From the IMG/VR virus record IMGVR_UViG_3300014656_003390, positions 1,780-65,779 of that record: 64,000 nucleotides of DNA; one strand, written 5' to 3'. The notes under the pieces are model-generated. The model was not told the DNA's origin. It did no database searches and was given only the letters and a program-made list of their open reading frames with translations. Of the stretch, positions 9,772-19,572 are shown piece after piece. The translations under genes were made by a program, and so were the position numbers. Origin of the DNA: a virus (taxonomy: Duplodnaviria; Caudoviricetes). How positions within the stretch are numbered: the first letter of the stretch is position 1; each line of letters begins with the position of its first letter.

Positions 9772-10484
9772 TGGTATTGACTGATGGTCTATTATCATAT
9801 TGGCCACTTGAAGATAATGCTGCTTCAACTACAGTTACAAGAAGTGCTGGTTCTCAAAATGGAACAGCATCACAGAATACAAATTTATTTAGTTCACAAG
9901 GAAAAATAAATAATGGATTTTATTTTCCTGGAAGTAATACAGGAATGTCTGGAACGAGATGTTATATTGGTTTACCTAGTAATGTATTGGGTAGTTCTAC
10001 AGAATTTACCGTGTCATCTTGGGCAAATACACAAGATTATGCTTATAATAATAATATTTTAGCTGCTTCTTTTAACTATGCTAATAATAAAGGGCTTATA
10101 ATAAGAGGTCCAAGAAGCACAGGATTTGAATTTTTTCTTGGGAAGTCAAGTTATGTTTTAACAAGTTTTATTGCATCTAATGATATATGGTATCATTATA
10201 TACTTACGCATTCAGGAGCATTATCTACTCTTTATGTTAATGGTGCATTCCAAGAAAGTAAAGCAACAAAAACAATTTCTGCAAGTGCAAGTTATAGTTC
10301 AATTGGAAACGAATATACGAGTTGGTTTAAAGGGTGGATAGATGAAGTAGGATTTTGGAATAGAGCATTATCAGGAACAGAAATAACAGAACTTTATAAC
10401 AATGGCAGAGGATTAACATATCCATTTATTAAAAATTCAGTAAGAGTTGGTGGAGCAGTTATGGAGGCATATTATGGACATTAG
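9771..10484 (+). CDS. LamG/concanavalin-A-like lectin domain virion protein
   Basis: GLLSYWPLED, GKINNGFYF, WYHYILT, LYVNG, GWIDEVGFWNRALSGTEITELYN. Confidence 0.85.
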   Translation: MVLTDGLLSYWPLEDNAASTTVTRSAGSQNGTASQNTNLFSSQGKINNGFYFPGSNTGMSGTRCYIGLPSNVLGSSTEFTVSSWANTQDYAYNNNILAASFNYANNKGLIIRGPRSTGFEFFLGKSSYVLTSFIASNDIWYHYILTHSGALSTLYVNGAFQESKATKTISASASYSSIGNEYTSWFKGWIDEVGFWNRALSGTEITELYNNGRGLTYPFIKNSVRVGGAVMEAYYGH

Positions 10485-10506
10485 AAATAAAAGGATGGTA
10501 AAGTAA

Positions 10507-11070
10507 ATGGTAGAGATGTATGATTTTGATAACCCTAATGAGTATAATTCTTATATCGTTGCAAGTACTCCTGTAGTATATGGACAACAATGGCGTTCAA
10601 ATATGAGGGGTCATGGGGGGAATTATAACCTATCTAGTATAAAATTAAAAGTATGTAGAGAAGGACTTCCTAATTTTTGTAATTTATATGTAAAAGAATA
10701 TGATTGGAATACAGATAATCCTATTGGTCCTATACTTTATACTGGTAGTTTCAATGGAAATATTGTAACAACAGACATAAATGGAGAACTTATAAATATT
10801 CCTTTGTCTGGTAATTCAATTCTTTATGTGGATGTCTATTATTGTTTCTATATTGATTGTATATCAGGAGCTCTCTATAGTTATATTAAATCCCCGATAT
10901 ATAGTGATTTTAACCCTGATTATTCATCATATGTCATAGATAATTGGAATGCAGGTTCTGGTACTGATTGGGATACATATGACAAGACTACTTATTGGGA
11001 GGCATGGGGAGCACATATTGGAAAACCAAATCCAACTAAAATAGGAGGCATGTTTGTAAAGACACATTAA
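10507..11070 (+). CDS. Probable virion beta-sandwich (carbohydrate-binding-like) protein
   Basis: YGQQW...LSSIKLKVCREG pattern, aromatic-rich, structural cluster. Confidence 0.5.
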   Translation: MVEMYDFDNPNEYNSYIVASTPVVYGQQWRSNMRGHGGNYNLSSIKLKVCREGLPNFCNLYVKEYDWNTDNPIGPILYTGSFNGNIVTTDINGELINIPLSGNSILYVDVYYCFYIDCISGALYSYIKSPIYSDFNPDYSSYVIDNWNAGSGTDWDTYDKTTYWEAWGAHIGKPNPTKIGGMFVKTH

Positions 11071-11085
11071 AAGAATAATAAAACA

Positions 11086-11640
11086 ATGACAATAGTAAAA
11101 GGAATAAATGCAGGATTTGTAAAGATTTCTCCTACAGCTGACCCATCAGGAAGTGCTAGCAATACAGATAATTATGCTGATGGTATAAGAGATGTTGCAC
11201 CTGCAGGAGCAGTAAGAGTAACAGAGATTGGTTGGTGGTGTGATAATGCTACTATTGAAACTAATTACGAAGTAGGAATTTATAGTCATGATGCTATAAA
11301 TAATAAACCTGACCAATTGATGGGTGTATCAAGAACAAATGCAAAAGGAACAGGTTCTGGTTGGAAAAAAGTAACAGGATTAAATATATCAATTAGTGCT
11401 GGGACAATTTATTGGATTGTTATACAAATTGACAGTACTCAACCTACTAATACAAATGGAAATTATACGGTTTCTGCAGGCGATTATGTTGTTGATGTAA
11501 TTGATGCAACAACATTACCTGACCCATGGAGTGGAGAAGATTCTATTGAAGGATATTATTATGCACGTTATGCTGTTTATGATACAACACATCTTCAAAC
11601 ATCTGGAGACGGATTAAATTGGGTAGTTTGTGAACAATAA
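11086..11640 (+). CDS. Probable virion structural protein
   Basis: Beta-rich (YEVGIYS...ISAGTIYWIVI), structural cluster. Confidence 0.55.
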   Translation: MTIVKGINAGFVKISPTADPSGSASNTDNYADGIRDVAPAGAVRVTEIGWWCDNATIETNYEVGIYSHDAINNKPDQLMGVSRTNAKGTGSGWKKVTGLNISISAGTIYWIVIQIDSTQPTNTNGNYTVSAGDYVVDVIDATTLPDPWSGEDSIEGYYYARYAVYDTTHLQTSGDGLNWVVCEQ

Positions 11641-11694
11641 TGAAAGAAAAAATGTGGTTATATCTGGATTGAAAATATAATGACTATAATTTAA

Positions 11695-11730
11695 AATTAT
11701 ATAATTTAAAAATATATATTTAAAAATAAA
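11695..11730 (+). promoter_or_regulatory. Late-promoter element, copy 3
   Basis: 34/36 match to the core, upstream of the protease gene. Confidence 0.65.
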
Positions 11731-11781
11731 ATATTTTAATATATATTAAAGTAAATATTCTAAAAGATAAAAAAATAAGAT

Positions 11782-12999
11782 ATGCCAACGGAATTTGATA
11801 AAATGGTGAATGCAATTAAACAATCACTTAGAAAAGCAAATCCCAAAATGAAGGAAGAGGATATTACTTCTAAGGCATATGCAATGGCAACAGCGTCGTG
11901 GAAAAAAAGTCATGGTGGGAAAGCACCAAGTGAAATGTTAAATAATTTAAATAATTTAGATAATGTAGATAATTTAGATAGTGTAGATAGTTTGAGTGAA
12001 AGGTTAAACGATTGGAGAGTTCTTGAGTTTTTTGTTCCTATTGAAGAAAAAGTATTTGATAAAGATACTGATGAATTTTTAATTAGAGGAGTTGCAATTA
12101 ATGAAACAACTACTTTGAATAATGTTAAGTATGTTGCACAAGAATTAGAGAAAGCATCAAGTTCTTTTAGAAATGTTCCTATTTTGTTAGACCATAAAAA
12201 CGAAATTAAAAATATTGTTGGTAGAACAACTAATAATGTAAATTTTAATTCAGCAAATAGAAGAATTGATTTTGAAGGTAAAATTATGGACAAAACAATT
12301 CGTGAAATGATTAAAGATGGTAGAATACAGAATGTTAGTATTGGTGCAAAAGTTGATGACTTAGTAGAAGAAACCGATGGAAGTAAAAAAGCTGTTGGTA
12401 TTAGAGGATTAGAAATTAGTTTAGTTGCTGTTCCTGGAGACAATCAAGCAAATTTAGCACAAGCAATTAACCATAATTTTCATTTAAAGGAAATGGCTAA
12501 TATTAATGCTAATAGATACAGTAAGCATATTGAACATACTGAAATTAGCAATGAGGAGATGTTAAAATTAGCACAAAATATAATTGATGAGTTTGATAAA
12601 AAAGAGAGTATAGATAATAGTTCTTCAGAACAAGTAAGTAAATTAAATTTAAAAGAGGACAACATGGCAGAAGATACAGCAGTAAAAGATATTGTTGATA
12701 GTCCTAAACAAGTTGAAAATCCTGAGCAGACAGAACAAAAATCTGAAAGTGTAAATACACAAAACCAGATTGATGAACTAAAGTCACTTATTATTTCTTC
12801 TTTTTCTGAAATGAAAAAAATACAAGAAAGTAAGAAAGAAGAAAAAGTTAATGAGACAAAAGGTATTGTATCAACAGAGAAAGTTGAAGCAAGTGAAAAC
12901 TCAAACGACTTTATTGTTGAAAGTGCTGAAAATGGAAAAGGATTTTCTTTGTATAGTGATTATAGCAAAAACTCTAAATTAAAAAGATTAAGCAGGTAG
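11782..12999 (+). CDS. Prohead maturation protease with C-terminal scaffold-like region
   Basis: PILLDH and VSIG / EISLVAVPGD motifs of HK97-type proteases; acidic tail. Confidence 0.85.
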   Translation: MPTEFDKMVNAIKQSLRKANPKMKEEDITSKAYAMATASWKKSHGGKAPSEMLNNLNNLDNVDNLDSVDSLSERLNDWRVLEFFVPIEEKVFDKDTDEFLIRGVAINETTTLNNVKYVAQELEKASSSFRNVPILLDHKNEIKNIVGRTTNNVNFNSANRRIDFEGKIMDKTIREMIKDGRIQNVSIGAKVDDLVEETDGSKKAVGIRGLEISLVAVPGDNQANLAQAINHNFHLKEMANINANRYSKHIEHTEISNEEMLKLAQNIIDEFDKKESIDNSSSEQVSKLNLKEDNMAEDTAVKDIVDSPKQVENPEQTEQKSESVNTQNQIDELKSLIISSFSEMKKIQESKKEEKVNETKGIVSTEKVEASENSNDFIVESAENGKGFSLYSDYSKNSKLKRLSR

Positions 13000-13075
13000 T
13001 TTAGGTAAATCATATTTAATATGAAAATAAAAATTTCATATTTATATTTAGAATTGAAAGGAGGTTAAAAAAGAA

Positions 13076-13579
13076 ATGGCAGGAGAAAGTTATGTAAATA
13101 CAAACGGAGCAGTTTGTATAGCAGAAGGTGGAGTACCAAGAACAGTTACTTTTAAAGCAAGATGTAATATATCTGGCGGTTATTGGGTTAATGGTTCAAG
13201 TGCAGCAAGTGCAGTAGTTGGTTCTGGAACAGAAACTTATATATCAAGTGATATTGAAGGGTATACAGTTTCGAATCAAATAGGTTCAGCAGTTATTGGA
13301 TTATGTTTAGCAGATACAGCATCTGGAACATATGGAACAGCAGCTATGAGAGGAACATATTTACTTCCAACATTAAGTGGAACTATTATAGGTTCAGTTA
13401 TGTCTGGATGGAAAGTTGCAGCAGGAAGTGCTGGAACAGTAGTAGCTTGGTGTTCAGGAACAATAGCAGGATTGAATGCAAATGGAGCACAAGTAGGACC
13501 AATTGATTTGACAGTAGGAAGAGCAATGTCTACAGCAAATTCAGATGGGCAATTTGCAGTCGTTTCATTAAATTTATAA
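13076..13579 (+). CDS. Capsid decoration/cement protein
   Basis: Position before the MCP; IGLCLADTASG...GRAM pattern. Confidence 0.6.
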   Translation: MAGESYVNTNGAVCIAEGGVPRTVTFKARCNISGGYWVNGSSAASAVVGSGTETYISSDIEGYTVSNQIGSAVIGLCLADTASGTYGTAAMRGTYLLPTLSGTIIGSVMSGWKVAAGSAGTVVAWCSGTIAGLNANGAQVGPIDLTVGRAMSTANSDGQFAVVSLNL

Positions 13580-13580
13580 A

Positions 13581-14444
13581 ATGGTAGAATATAAAGCAAT
13601 AAATGAATTATTGCAGACAGGCTTAGGAACAGAAGGTCAACTTTTGATTCCAAGACAGATTTATAATACATTAATTGACGAAGTTGATAAAACTTTAATT
13701 CCAAGAACAGAAGCAGCTATGTATTTTGGACCAGGAGATATTCCAGGTTCAAGTATTGATGTTGATTTAGTAACAGAGAATAAAGCAATTGTAAGAATTG
13801 TAGCTGAAGGTGCAGAAATACCAATAGACCAAAGTGAATATACAAGTTTTAATTTAAAACCAGTTAAATGGGGAGTTTCTGTAAGAATTACAAGAGAAAT
13901 GATAGAAGATGCGAAGTGGAATATGCTTCAACATAATCTAAAAATTTTCGGTAAAAGATTTGCAGAAAATGAACAAAAATTAATACTTCAAGATGCTTTG
14001 GACAATGCTACAAATACAGTAGCAGGTGGAGCAGCAATAACAATTGCAAATATTACAAGAGCTATTCAATATCTTGATGATGCAGACTACACAGCAACAA
14101 CATTGTTTGTTGGTATGGAAGTTTTGAATGATTTGAGAAATATTGATACTTTTGTAGAAGCTAATAAAGTTGGTAATACAGATATGATACGGAGAGGATT
14201 TTTAGGAACAATTTACGGATTGAGCGTTATAAAATTCTCAACTAATGCATGTCCAAGTACAACTTATAGCAAATATGCATATGTTACAGATAGAATGCAT
14301 GCATATGTTATAGCTGAAAAAAGACCAGTTACTATTGAGAATTTTGAGATGCCCGCATTCGATATGAGTGCAGCAACAGTTACTCAAAGAATCAAAGTAC
14401 GACATCTAAGAGCTAGTGCAATAACAAAGATTACAACTGAGTAA
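13581..14444 (+). CDS. Major capsid protein (HK97 fold)
   Basis: GQLLIPRQI, VAEGAEIP, KWGVSVRITREMIED; position after protease. Confidence 0.9.
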   Translation: MVEYKAINELLQTGLGTEGQLLIPRQIYNTLIDEVDKTLIPRTEAAMYFGPGDIPGSSIDVDLVTENKAIVRIVAEGAEIPIDQSEYTSFNLKPVKWGVSVRITREMIEDAKWNMLQHNLKIFGKRFAENEQKLILQDALDNATNTVAGGAAITIANITRAIQYLDDADYTATTLFVGMEVLNDLRNIDTFVEANKVGNTDMIRRGFLGTIYGLSVIKFSTNACPSTTYSKYAYVTDRMHAYVIAEKRPVTIENFEMPAFDMSAATVTQRIKVRHLRASAITKITTE

Positions 14445-14465
14445 ATAGGTTGTAGAGGAAGAATA

Positions 14466-14500
14466 AATTTTTATTTTTATTTTTATTTTTATTTTTTATA
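14466..14500 (+). terminator. Oligo-T terminator after the MCP gene
   Basis: (TTTTTA)n tract, archaeal-type; followed by hairpin AATTCCTT-ATAA-AAGGAATT (14516-14535). Confidence 0.55.
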
Positions 14501-14569
14501 TTTACAAAAAGAGAAAATTCCTTATAAAAGGAATTATAAATTAAATAACAAAGAAAGAAAACAAAAGAA

Positions 14570-15103
14570 ATGGTATGGAATAATACAATAGATGGGTTAG
14601 GTGGAGATAGATTTACACAACCCGGAAGTATATCTACGAATGTATGGGTAACTGGAAGTGTTATAACTAGTGAAAAAATTAGTGCAGCGGATTCAACATA
14701 TTCATCAGTAGGTAGTTTTGATAATTTAAATATAACAAATTTAATTAGTCAAGTTAAAACAATGTCATCAGTAAGTGGAGCATCCTTTAGAGATACATCT
14801 AAAGGAGGAGCATTATTACCAACAGCAATATGTAATGCAACAACTTTATATGGATATAGGGTAGTTGCAGGTAGTATATTAATGGGTAATAGTATTTCAG
14901 GTTTGATAGCATTTCCTTCTGCAGGTAGTTTTACATCAGCAAATTATTTCTTGGCTTTAACAGCAAGAGAATATAATGTTCCACAATTTAGTAGCACAGG
15001 AAGTCAGGCAATATATTGTGGCAGTGGAGTAAGAAGAGCAAGCGGATGTTGGATAGTTGGTGGTTCTGCTACAGTTGTAGATTGGATAGCAGTTGGAATA
15101 TAA
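14570..15103 (+). CDS. Virion structural protein
   Basis: G/S-rich; C-terminal VDWIAVG motif as in fiber-type domains. Confidence 0.55.
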   Translation: MVWNNTIDGLGGDRFTQPGSISTNVWVTGSVITSEKISAADSTYSSVGSFDNLNITNLISQVKTMSSVSGASFRDTSKGGALLPTAICNATTLYGYRVVAGSILMGNSISGLIAFPSAGSFTSANYFLALTAREYNVPQFSSTGSQAIYCGSGVRRASGCWIVGGSATVVDWIAVGI

Positions 15104-15139
15104 TTATATTTTATATAAACTGAAAGGAGGTAAAAACAA

Positions 15140-15391
15140 ATGGCAGATTCAACAACAACAGGAAGTGCAATGGCTGGAACAGTACCAGGTGGATTAAATC
15201 GTGGATTTGGACAAAGAACAACTGCATCACAAAATATGACTGATAAAGTTATTTTTGTATATGGTAGTCCACTCGATAATCTTACAGTTAGTGTAGGAAG
15301 TCAATTAGCATATGATGTAGAAAATAATGATATTTATATGGGTAAAGCACAAACTGGAAGTGAATGGGTAAGACTTGGTTCATTAACTTAA
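15140..15391 (+). CDS. Small virion protein
   Basis: Strong SD; C-terminal YMGK...SEWVRL. Confidence 0.6.
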   Translation: MADSTTTGSAMAGTVPGGLNRGFGQRTTASQNMTDKVIFVYGSPLDNLTVSVGSQLAYDVENNDIYMGKAQTGSEWVRLGSLT

Positions 15392-15406
15392 ATTTTTTAA
15401 TTTAAA

Positions 15407-15586
15407 ATGACAAATACAGCAAATTTAATAACAGGAAGCACAAGTGATTTTAGTATATTACAATTTAGTGGTACACAATTTGTTCATAATCAAACAATAA
15501 GTTTAACTTTACTTTGTGCATTAAGTGGGTTAGCAATTATACCAGTATATTGTGATAGTTTAGGTAGAATAGGTAGTGTTGCTTAA
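15407..15586 (+). CDS. Small protein (59 aa)
   Basis: MTNTANLITGS...GRIGSVA fills the gap; not in the track. Confidence 0.55.
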   Translation: MTNTANLITGSTSDFSILQFSGTQFVHNQTISLTLLCALSGLAIIPVYCDSLGRIGSVA

Positions 15587-15606
15587 ACTTATATTTGTTT
15601 TTTACA

Positions 15607-15978
15607 ATGGCAACTTTAACAGACATACAAATAAGAAGTATAGTAGCAGGAATGATTAGTTCTATACCAATTGGCATAAGTGGACTTTTAACAACAATTG
15701 TCGACCAACAAGTTTATTTTGCAGAACAATTAACTGATAATACAATAGGAACAACATCAATTTCTGAAGTATATCAACCTGGTATTATAAGTTTAAGTGT
15801 AGCTAGTGTGCTTAGATTAATGGAAGCACAAGGTATAGGAACAAAAAGTGTTTCTATTGGTGAATTATCTATATCAAAAGGATTAAGTGAAGGGTCTTCT
15901 AAACAATGGAAAGATTGGGGAATAGAACAATTAAATGCTGGTGGTGAAAAGGTGTCTTATTATCAATGCTGGGGATAA
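15607..15978 (+). CDS. Head-tail adaptor/connector
   Basis: Position; KSVSIGELSIS motif. Confidence 0.6.
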   Translation: MATLTDIQIRSIVAGMISSIPIGISGLLTTIVDQQVYFAEQLTDNTIGTTSISEVYQPGIISLSVASVLRLMEAQGIGTKSVSIGELSISKGLSEGSSKQWKDWGIEQLNAGGEKVSYYQCWG

Positions 15979-15983
15979 CAAAA

Positions 15984-16154
15984 ATGACATATAAAAAAGT
16001 TAAAGAATTGGATAGTAAATTCAATATTTTACTAGATAATCTTAATCATAAAGTCACACAGATAGAAAATGATATCAAATGGATGAGTAGAATTGGATAT
16101 TATATGGCAACAGCAGTAACAGCAATAGCAATTAAATCTATTTTTTTTAATTAA
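15984..16154 (+). CDS. Small coiled-coil protein with C-terminal TM helix
   Basis: Heptad region then IGYYMATAVTAIAIKSIFF. Confidence 0.6.
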   Translation: MTYKKVKELDSKFNILLDNLNHKVTQIENDIKWMSRIGYYMATAVTAIAIKSIFFN

Positions 16155-16155
16155 T

Positions 16156-16587
16156 ATGACTTCTTATTCTGATGATTTTGTTGCTGGAGTAAATGAAGCA
16201 ATTGGTTATGGACAGCAATTAAGGATTAAATATTATACTCAAAGTTTTGGGGCAGGTAGTTATTATGATGATGATATTACAGTAACTCAATCTGGAAATG
16301 ATTTATGGATATCAGGAGTTATATTACCTATAAATCAAAGTCGTGGTTCTAATGATGCTGTATTGGTAGAACAAGGAAAAGTTTTAACCAATGATAGTAA
16401 ATTGTATATTAAAGGTAGTGTAAATACTTCAGGAATTATTAAAATAGGATTAGGAAGTTATACTACCATGACAAACGAATATAGTGTTTTAGGTGAAGGA
16501 ATTATAAATTATTCTGTTAATGAAGTAGATATATTAAAAAAAGTTTATATAAGAAGACTAACAACAGGTTCTCTAATAGGAGAATAG
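16156..16587 (+). CDS. Head closure/stopper protein
   Basis: Position; beta-rich, size typical. Confidence 0.55.
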   Translation: MTSYSDDFVAGVNEAIGYGQQLRIKYYTQSFGAGSYYDDDITVTQSGNDLWISGVILPINQSRGSNDAVLVEQGKVLTNDSKLYIKGSVNTSGIIKIGLGSYTTMTNEYSVLGEGIINYSVNEVDILKKVYIRRLTTGSLIGE

Positions 16588-16588
16588 A

Positions 16589-16966
16589 ATGGCAACACAA
16601 GGAATTATAATTGCAGTAAAAGGTATAGATGAAGCAATTTCTAAACTTAAAGATATTGCATCGAATAAATTAAAGAACGTAGAGCAAGGAATTAAAAAGG
16701 CAGGATTTTATGTTCAAGCAGAAGTACAAGCATCAATTGCTGGTCAAAGAGCAGAAACAAGAAGTGTAGATACAGGACGATTTCTAAATTCAGTCAAAAC
16801 AACATTTCCCGAACCTTATACAGCAACTGTAGAAACAAATGTAGTTTATGCTACTCATTTAGAATTTGGAACATCAAAATTACAACCACGTTCTCATTTT
16901 AGAAATACGGCTAACAGAAATAAGGATAAAGTAAAAGATATTATAAAACAAGAAGTTTCTAAATAA
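16589..16966 (+). CDS. HK97 gp10-like neck/tail completion protein
   Basis: VDTGRFLNS, YATHLEFGTSKLQPRSHFR. Confidence 0.85.
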   Translation: MATQGIIIAVKGIDEAISKLKDIASNKLKNVEQGIKKAGFYVQAEVQASIAGQRAETRSVDTGRFLNSVKTTFPEPYTATVETNVVYATHLEFGTSKLQPRSHFRNTANRNKDKVKDIIKQEVSK

Positions 16967-16979
16967 TATATAAAATAAT

Positions 16980-17015
16980 AATTATATAATTTAAACATTT
17001 ATATTTAAAAATAAA
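16980..17015 (+). promoter_or_regulatory. Late-promoter element, copy 4
   Basis: 36/36 identical to the core of copies 1 and 2. Confidence 0.7.
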
Positions 17016-17166
17016 AAAAGATTGATTAATTTAACTAAATTACAAGCGAGTAATTTTAAAAAGAGAACAAGCGAGTTCAGAAGATGAAAAATACAAATTT
17101 CTATAATGTGTGTAATTATTTTCTTCAACCAAAGAGTTTTCTGAACTCGCATTATATTTATATCAA

Positions 17167-17631
17167 ATGACAATTACATCAATAACAGGTTCGGCATTTT
17201 TAGCAGATACTATTAATTTAATGAGAAATCTTTTAGTGACAAATATTACAGACCCAATTGTTTCGTCAAGAGCAGGTAATGAAAGATTTGTTATGACAAG
17301 TTATCCACAGCGAGTTGTTAAATATCCAATTATAACAATAATGGATAGAAATATATCACAACCTCAAAGATTAGGTATGGGTAGTGAAGGAACATTAATT
17401 AATATTACATTAGAAATTAGAATATGGGCACGAAATGTCAAAGAAAGAGATGAATTGTTTGATAATGTTTATAATTATTTGAAGAATAATCAATTAGATG
17501 ATACAACAGGATTAGTTGCAGCAAATCTTAATGGATTTAAGATGACAAGTGCTTTGAATATTAGTGAAGATGGAGAGCAAGGAATAAAATCAAAAGTCAT
17601 GGAAATAAATTTTATGTTTATAAATGAATAA
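17167..17631 (+). CDS. Tail terminator protein
   Basis: YPIITI...LEIRIWARNVKERDEL pattern; position before the tail tube. Confidence 0.7.
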   Translation: MTITSITGSAFLADTINLMRNLLVTNITDPIVSSRAGNERFVMTSYPQRVVKYPIITIMDRNISQPQRLGMGSEGTLINITLEIRIWARNVKERDELFDNVYNYLKNNQLDDTTGLVAANLNGFKMTSALNISEDGEQGIKSKVMEINFMFINE

Positions 17632-17658
17632 AAAATGAAAGGAGGTTTAATTAAATAA

Positions 17659-18627
17659 ATGGGAATAAAATATGTAGGAGATAACAATATATTGGCATTT
17701 CAATTTGAATCAGGAACTTATGCAGTAGCAAGTGGAACAAGACAATGGATTGGATTAGTTCAAGAACATTCGTCAACTATTGGAGTAGGAGCAGAACCAA
17801 TTAGATTTCAGGGAAATTATAGTAGAAATGTAGGCATGTTTACAGATGGAAAAATAGAATGTGAAGGAACATTTACTTATTATCCACAGGATTGGAAATT
17901 TCTAGCATTTGCAATTGGGAGTACTCAAAATATAGTAGGTAGTCATCTAATAAGAGAAACAAATAGTACTGATGCTAATTATGCAATACCAAACCAAACA
18001 TTGAGCAGTTTTACACTTGAGGATGCAAAGAAAACAGTAGCAGCAGGAAGTAATTTTATAAGGACTCTTAAAGGATGTATGGTAGATAGTTTGAAACTTA
18101 CAATGTCAGAAGGTGAAATAGCAAGTTGTGAAGTAGGATATAAAGCACAAAGTGTTGTGTATTCATCAGGAACAGTAACAAGTGTAACAGCAAGAACAAC
18201 AAAACCATATATGTGGAGTAATATTAATGTTCAGTTACCATCAGAAATAGAACTTACAAACTGTATAGAATATAGTTTAACTATAAATAACAATTTAGAA
18301 AGTAGATTTCCTCTTAATGGAAGTAGAACAATTGAAGCAGTAATACCTTTAAATAGAGACTATGAAGTTTCAGCAACTTTCTTAATGGATAGTGATAATG
18401 CAAGTAATTTATATAAATTGTATTACTTAAATGGTGATTCATTTAATAGTATGGTTAAAATCCATGCAGTTGCAGGAAGTGCTTATATTATAATGAGTGG
18501 GTGTAGAATTACAGATATGACAATACCAAGTCCAGTTGAAGGATTACATGAGCAAACTTGTACTATAATGCCAACAAATATTGCAGTAAATGTATATGAT
18601 GCAATAGGAAGTTATAATGCTTGGTAG
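17659..18627 (+). CDS. Major tail (tube) protein
   Basis: Size, position, beta-rich, preceded by strong SD. Confidence 0.75.
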   Translation: MGIKYVGDNNILAFQFESGTYAVASGTRQWIGLVQEHSSTIGVGAEPIRFQGNYSRNVGMFTDGKIECEGTFTYYPQDWKFLAFAIGSTQNIVGSHLIRETNSTDANYAIPNQTLSSFTLEDAKKTVAAGSNFIRTLKGCMVDSLKLTMSEGEIASCEVGYKAQSVVYSSGTVTSVTARTTKPYMWSNINVQLPSEIELTNCIEYSLTINNNLESRFPLNGSRTIEAVIPLNRDYEVSATFLMDSDNASNLYKLYYLNGDSFNSMVKIHAVAGSAYIIMSGCRITDMTIPSPVEGLHEQTCTIMPTNIAVNVYDAIGSYNAW

Positions 18628-18702
18628 CAAGAATGTGGTAAATATAAAGATTTATAAATGTATTTATAATTGTATATTTAGTTAAACTTAGGAGGATAAA
18701 AA

Positions 18703-18972
18703 ATGACAAACAAAGAAAGCAAGTTTTATACACAGTGGTGGTTTTGGGTAATTATTGCAGTTTGTGTACTTGGAATATTAAGTGCATTTAATACAAAGAA
18801 TTGTAATTGTCCAGCTACATATGAAGTAGAATATAAAGAATGCAGTCTGGTAGCAGAACGCTTATCAAATGGGTGGAATGATTATGTAATTGCATTATAC
18901 AATTATTGTGTATTAGATACAACTAATCCAATTTGTATAGCAAGTCAGGATGTATTTGACCGATATATATAA
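18703..18972 (+). CDS. Membrane-anchored Cys-containing protein (moron-like)
   Basis: FYTQWWFWVIIAVCVLG TM segment; own TATA-like AAAGATTTATAAA upstream (~18647). Confidence 0.65.
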   Translation: MTNKESKFYTQWWFWVIIAVCVLGILSAFNTKNCNCPATYEVEYKECSLVAERLSNGWNDYVIALYNYCVLDTTNPICIASQDVFDRYI

Positions 18973-19003
18973 TTTATTTTATTAAATTGAAAGGAGGATA
19001 AAA

Positions 19004-19387
19004 ATGACAGAATTAACAAAAAACGATTTAGTTTTTACAAGGGGAGAAAATGGTATTCTTATTGCACAGGAAGTTGTATTAGAGACACTACCAGATAAAC
19101 CTACTGTTAAAATTGTTCCTTTAACAAGAGGAAAATTACAGGAAGTGTTTGCTATGGCATCAAGCAATGATATAATAGAGAAAGCAAAGGCTGATGCTAT
19201 TATAATTAAGTATGGATTAATCAGCCCAAGCTTAACTGACGACGATATTGAGTTTATGAAACCATATATGTCTGCAGCAATAGTACAGGCAATATTATCA
19301 GTTAGCATGAACATTAGTCAAGCAGATTTAGGAAAGAAGACAGAAGAATTAATACAGGACCAGGAATATATCTTAAAAAAAAAATAG
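19004..19387 (+). CDS. Tail assembly chaperone (lambda G-like)
   Basis: Between tail tube and tape measure genes; ends in an A10 run. Confidence 0.75.
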   Translation: MTELTKNDLVFTRGENGILIAQEVVLETLPDKPTVKIVPLTRGKLQEVFAMASSNDIIEKAKADAIIIKYGLISPSLTDDDIEFMKPYMSAAIVQAILSVSMNISQADLGKKTEELIQDQEYILKKK

Positions 19388-19572
19388 AAAATGAACAGGA
19401 TATGATTTTGTTCTTACATGAACATGGTTATACAAATTTCAATATTCCAAATTTACTTTATTGTGAAATTGGAGGATTAGTTGATGCTTATAATAGGAAA
19501 ATGAAAAATCAAGAAAAACAATATAAAGAAGCAGAACGTAAAGCAAAAGCAAGCTCTGGGAGAAGACGATGA
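19004..19572 (+). CDS. Frameshifted chaperone (G-T-like), -1 slip at A10 19375-19384
   Basis: -1 frame is open: IENEQDMILFLHEHGY...SSGRRR, TGA 19570-19572 overlapping the TMP ATG. Confidence 0.75.
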
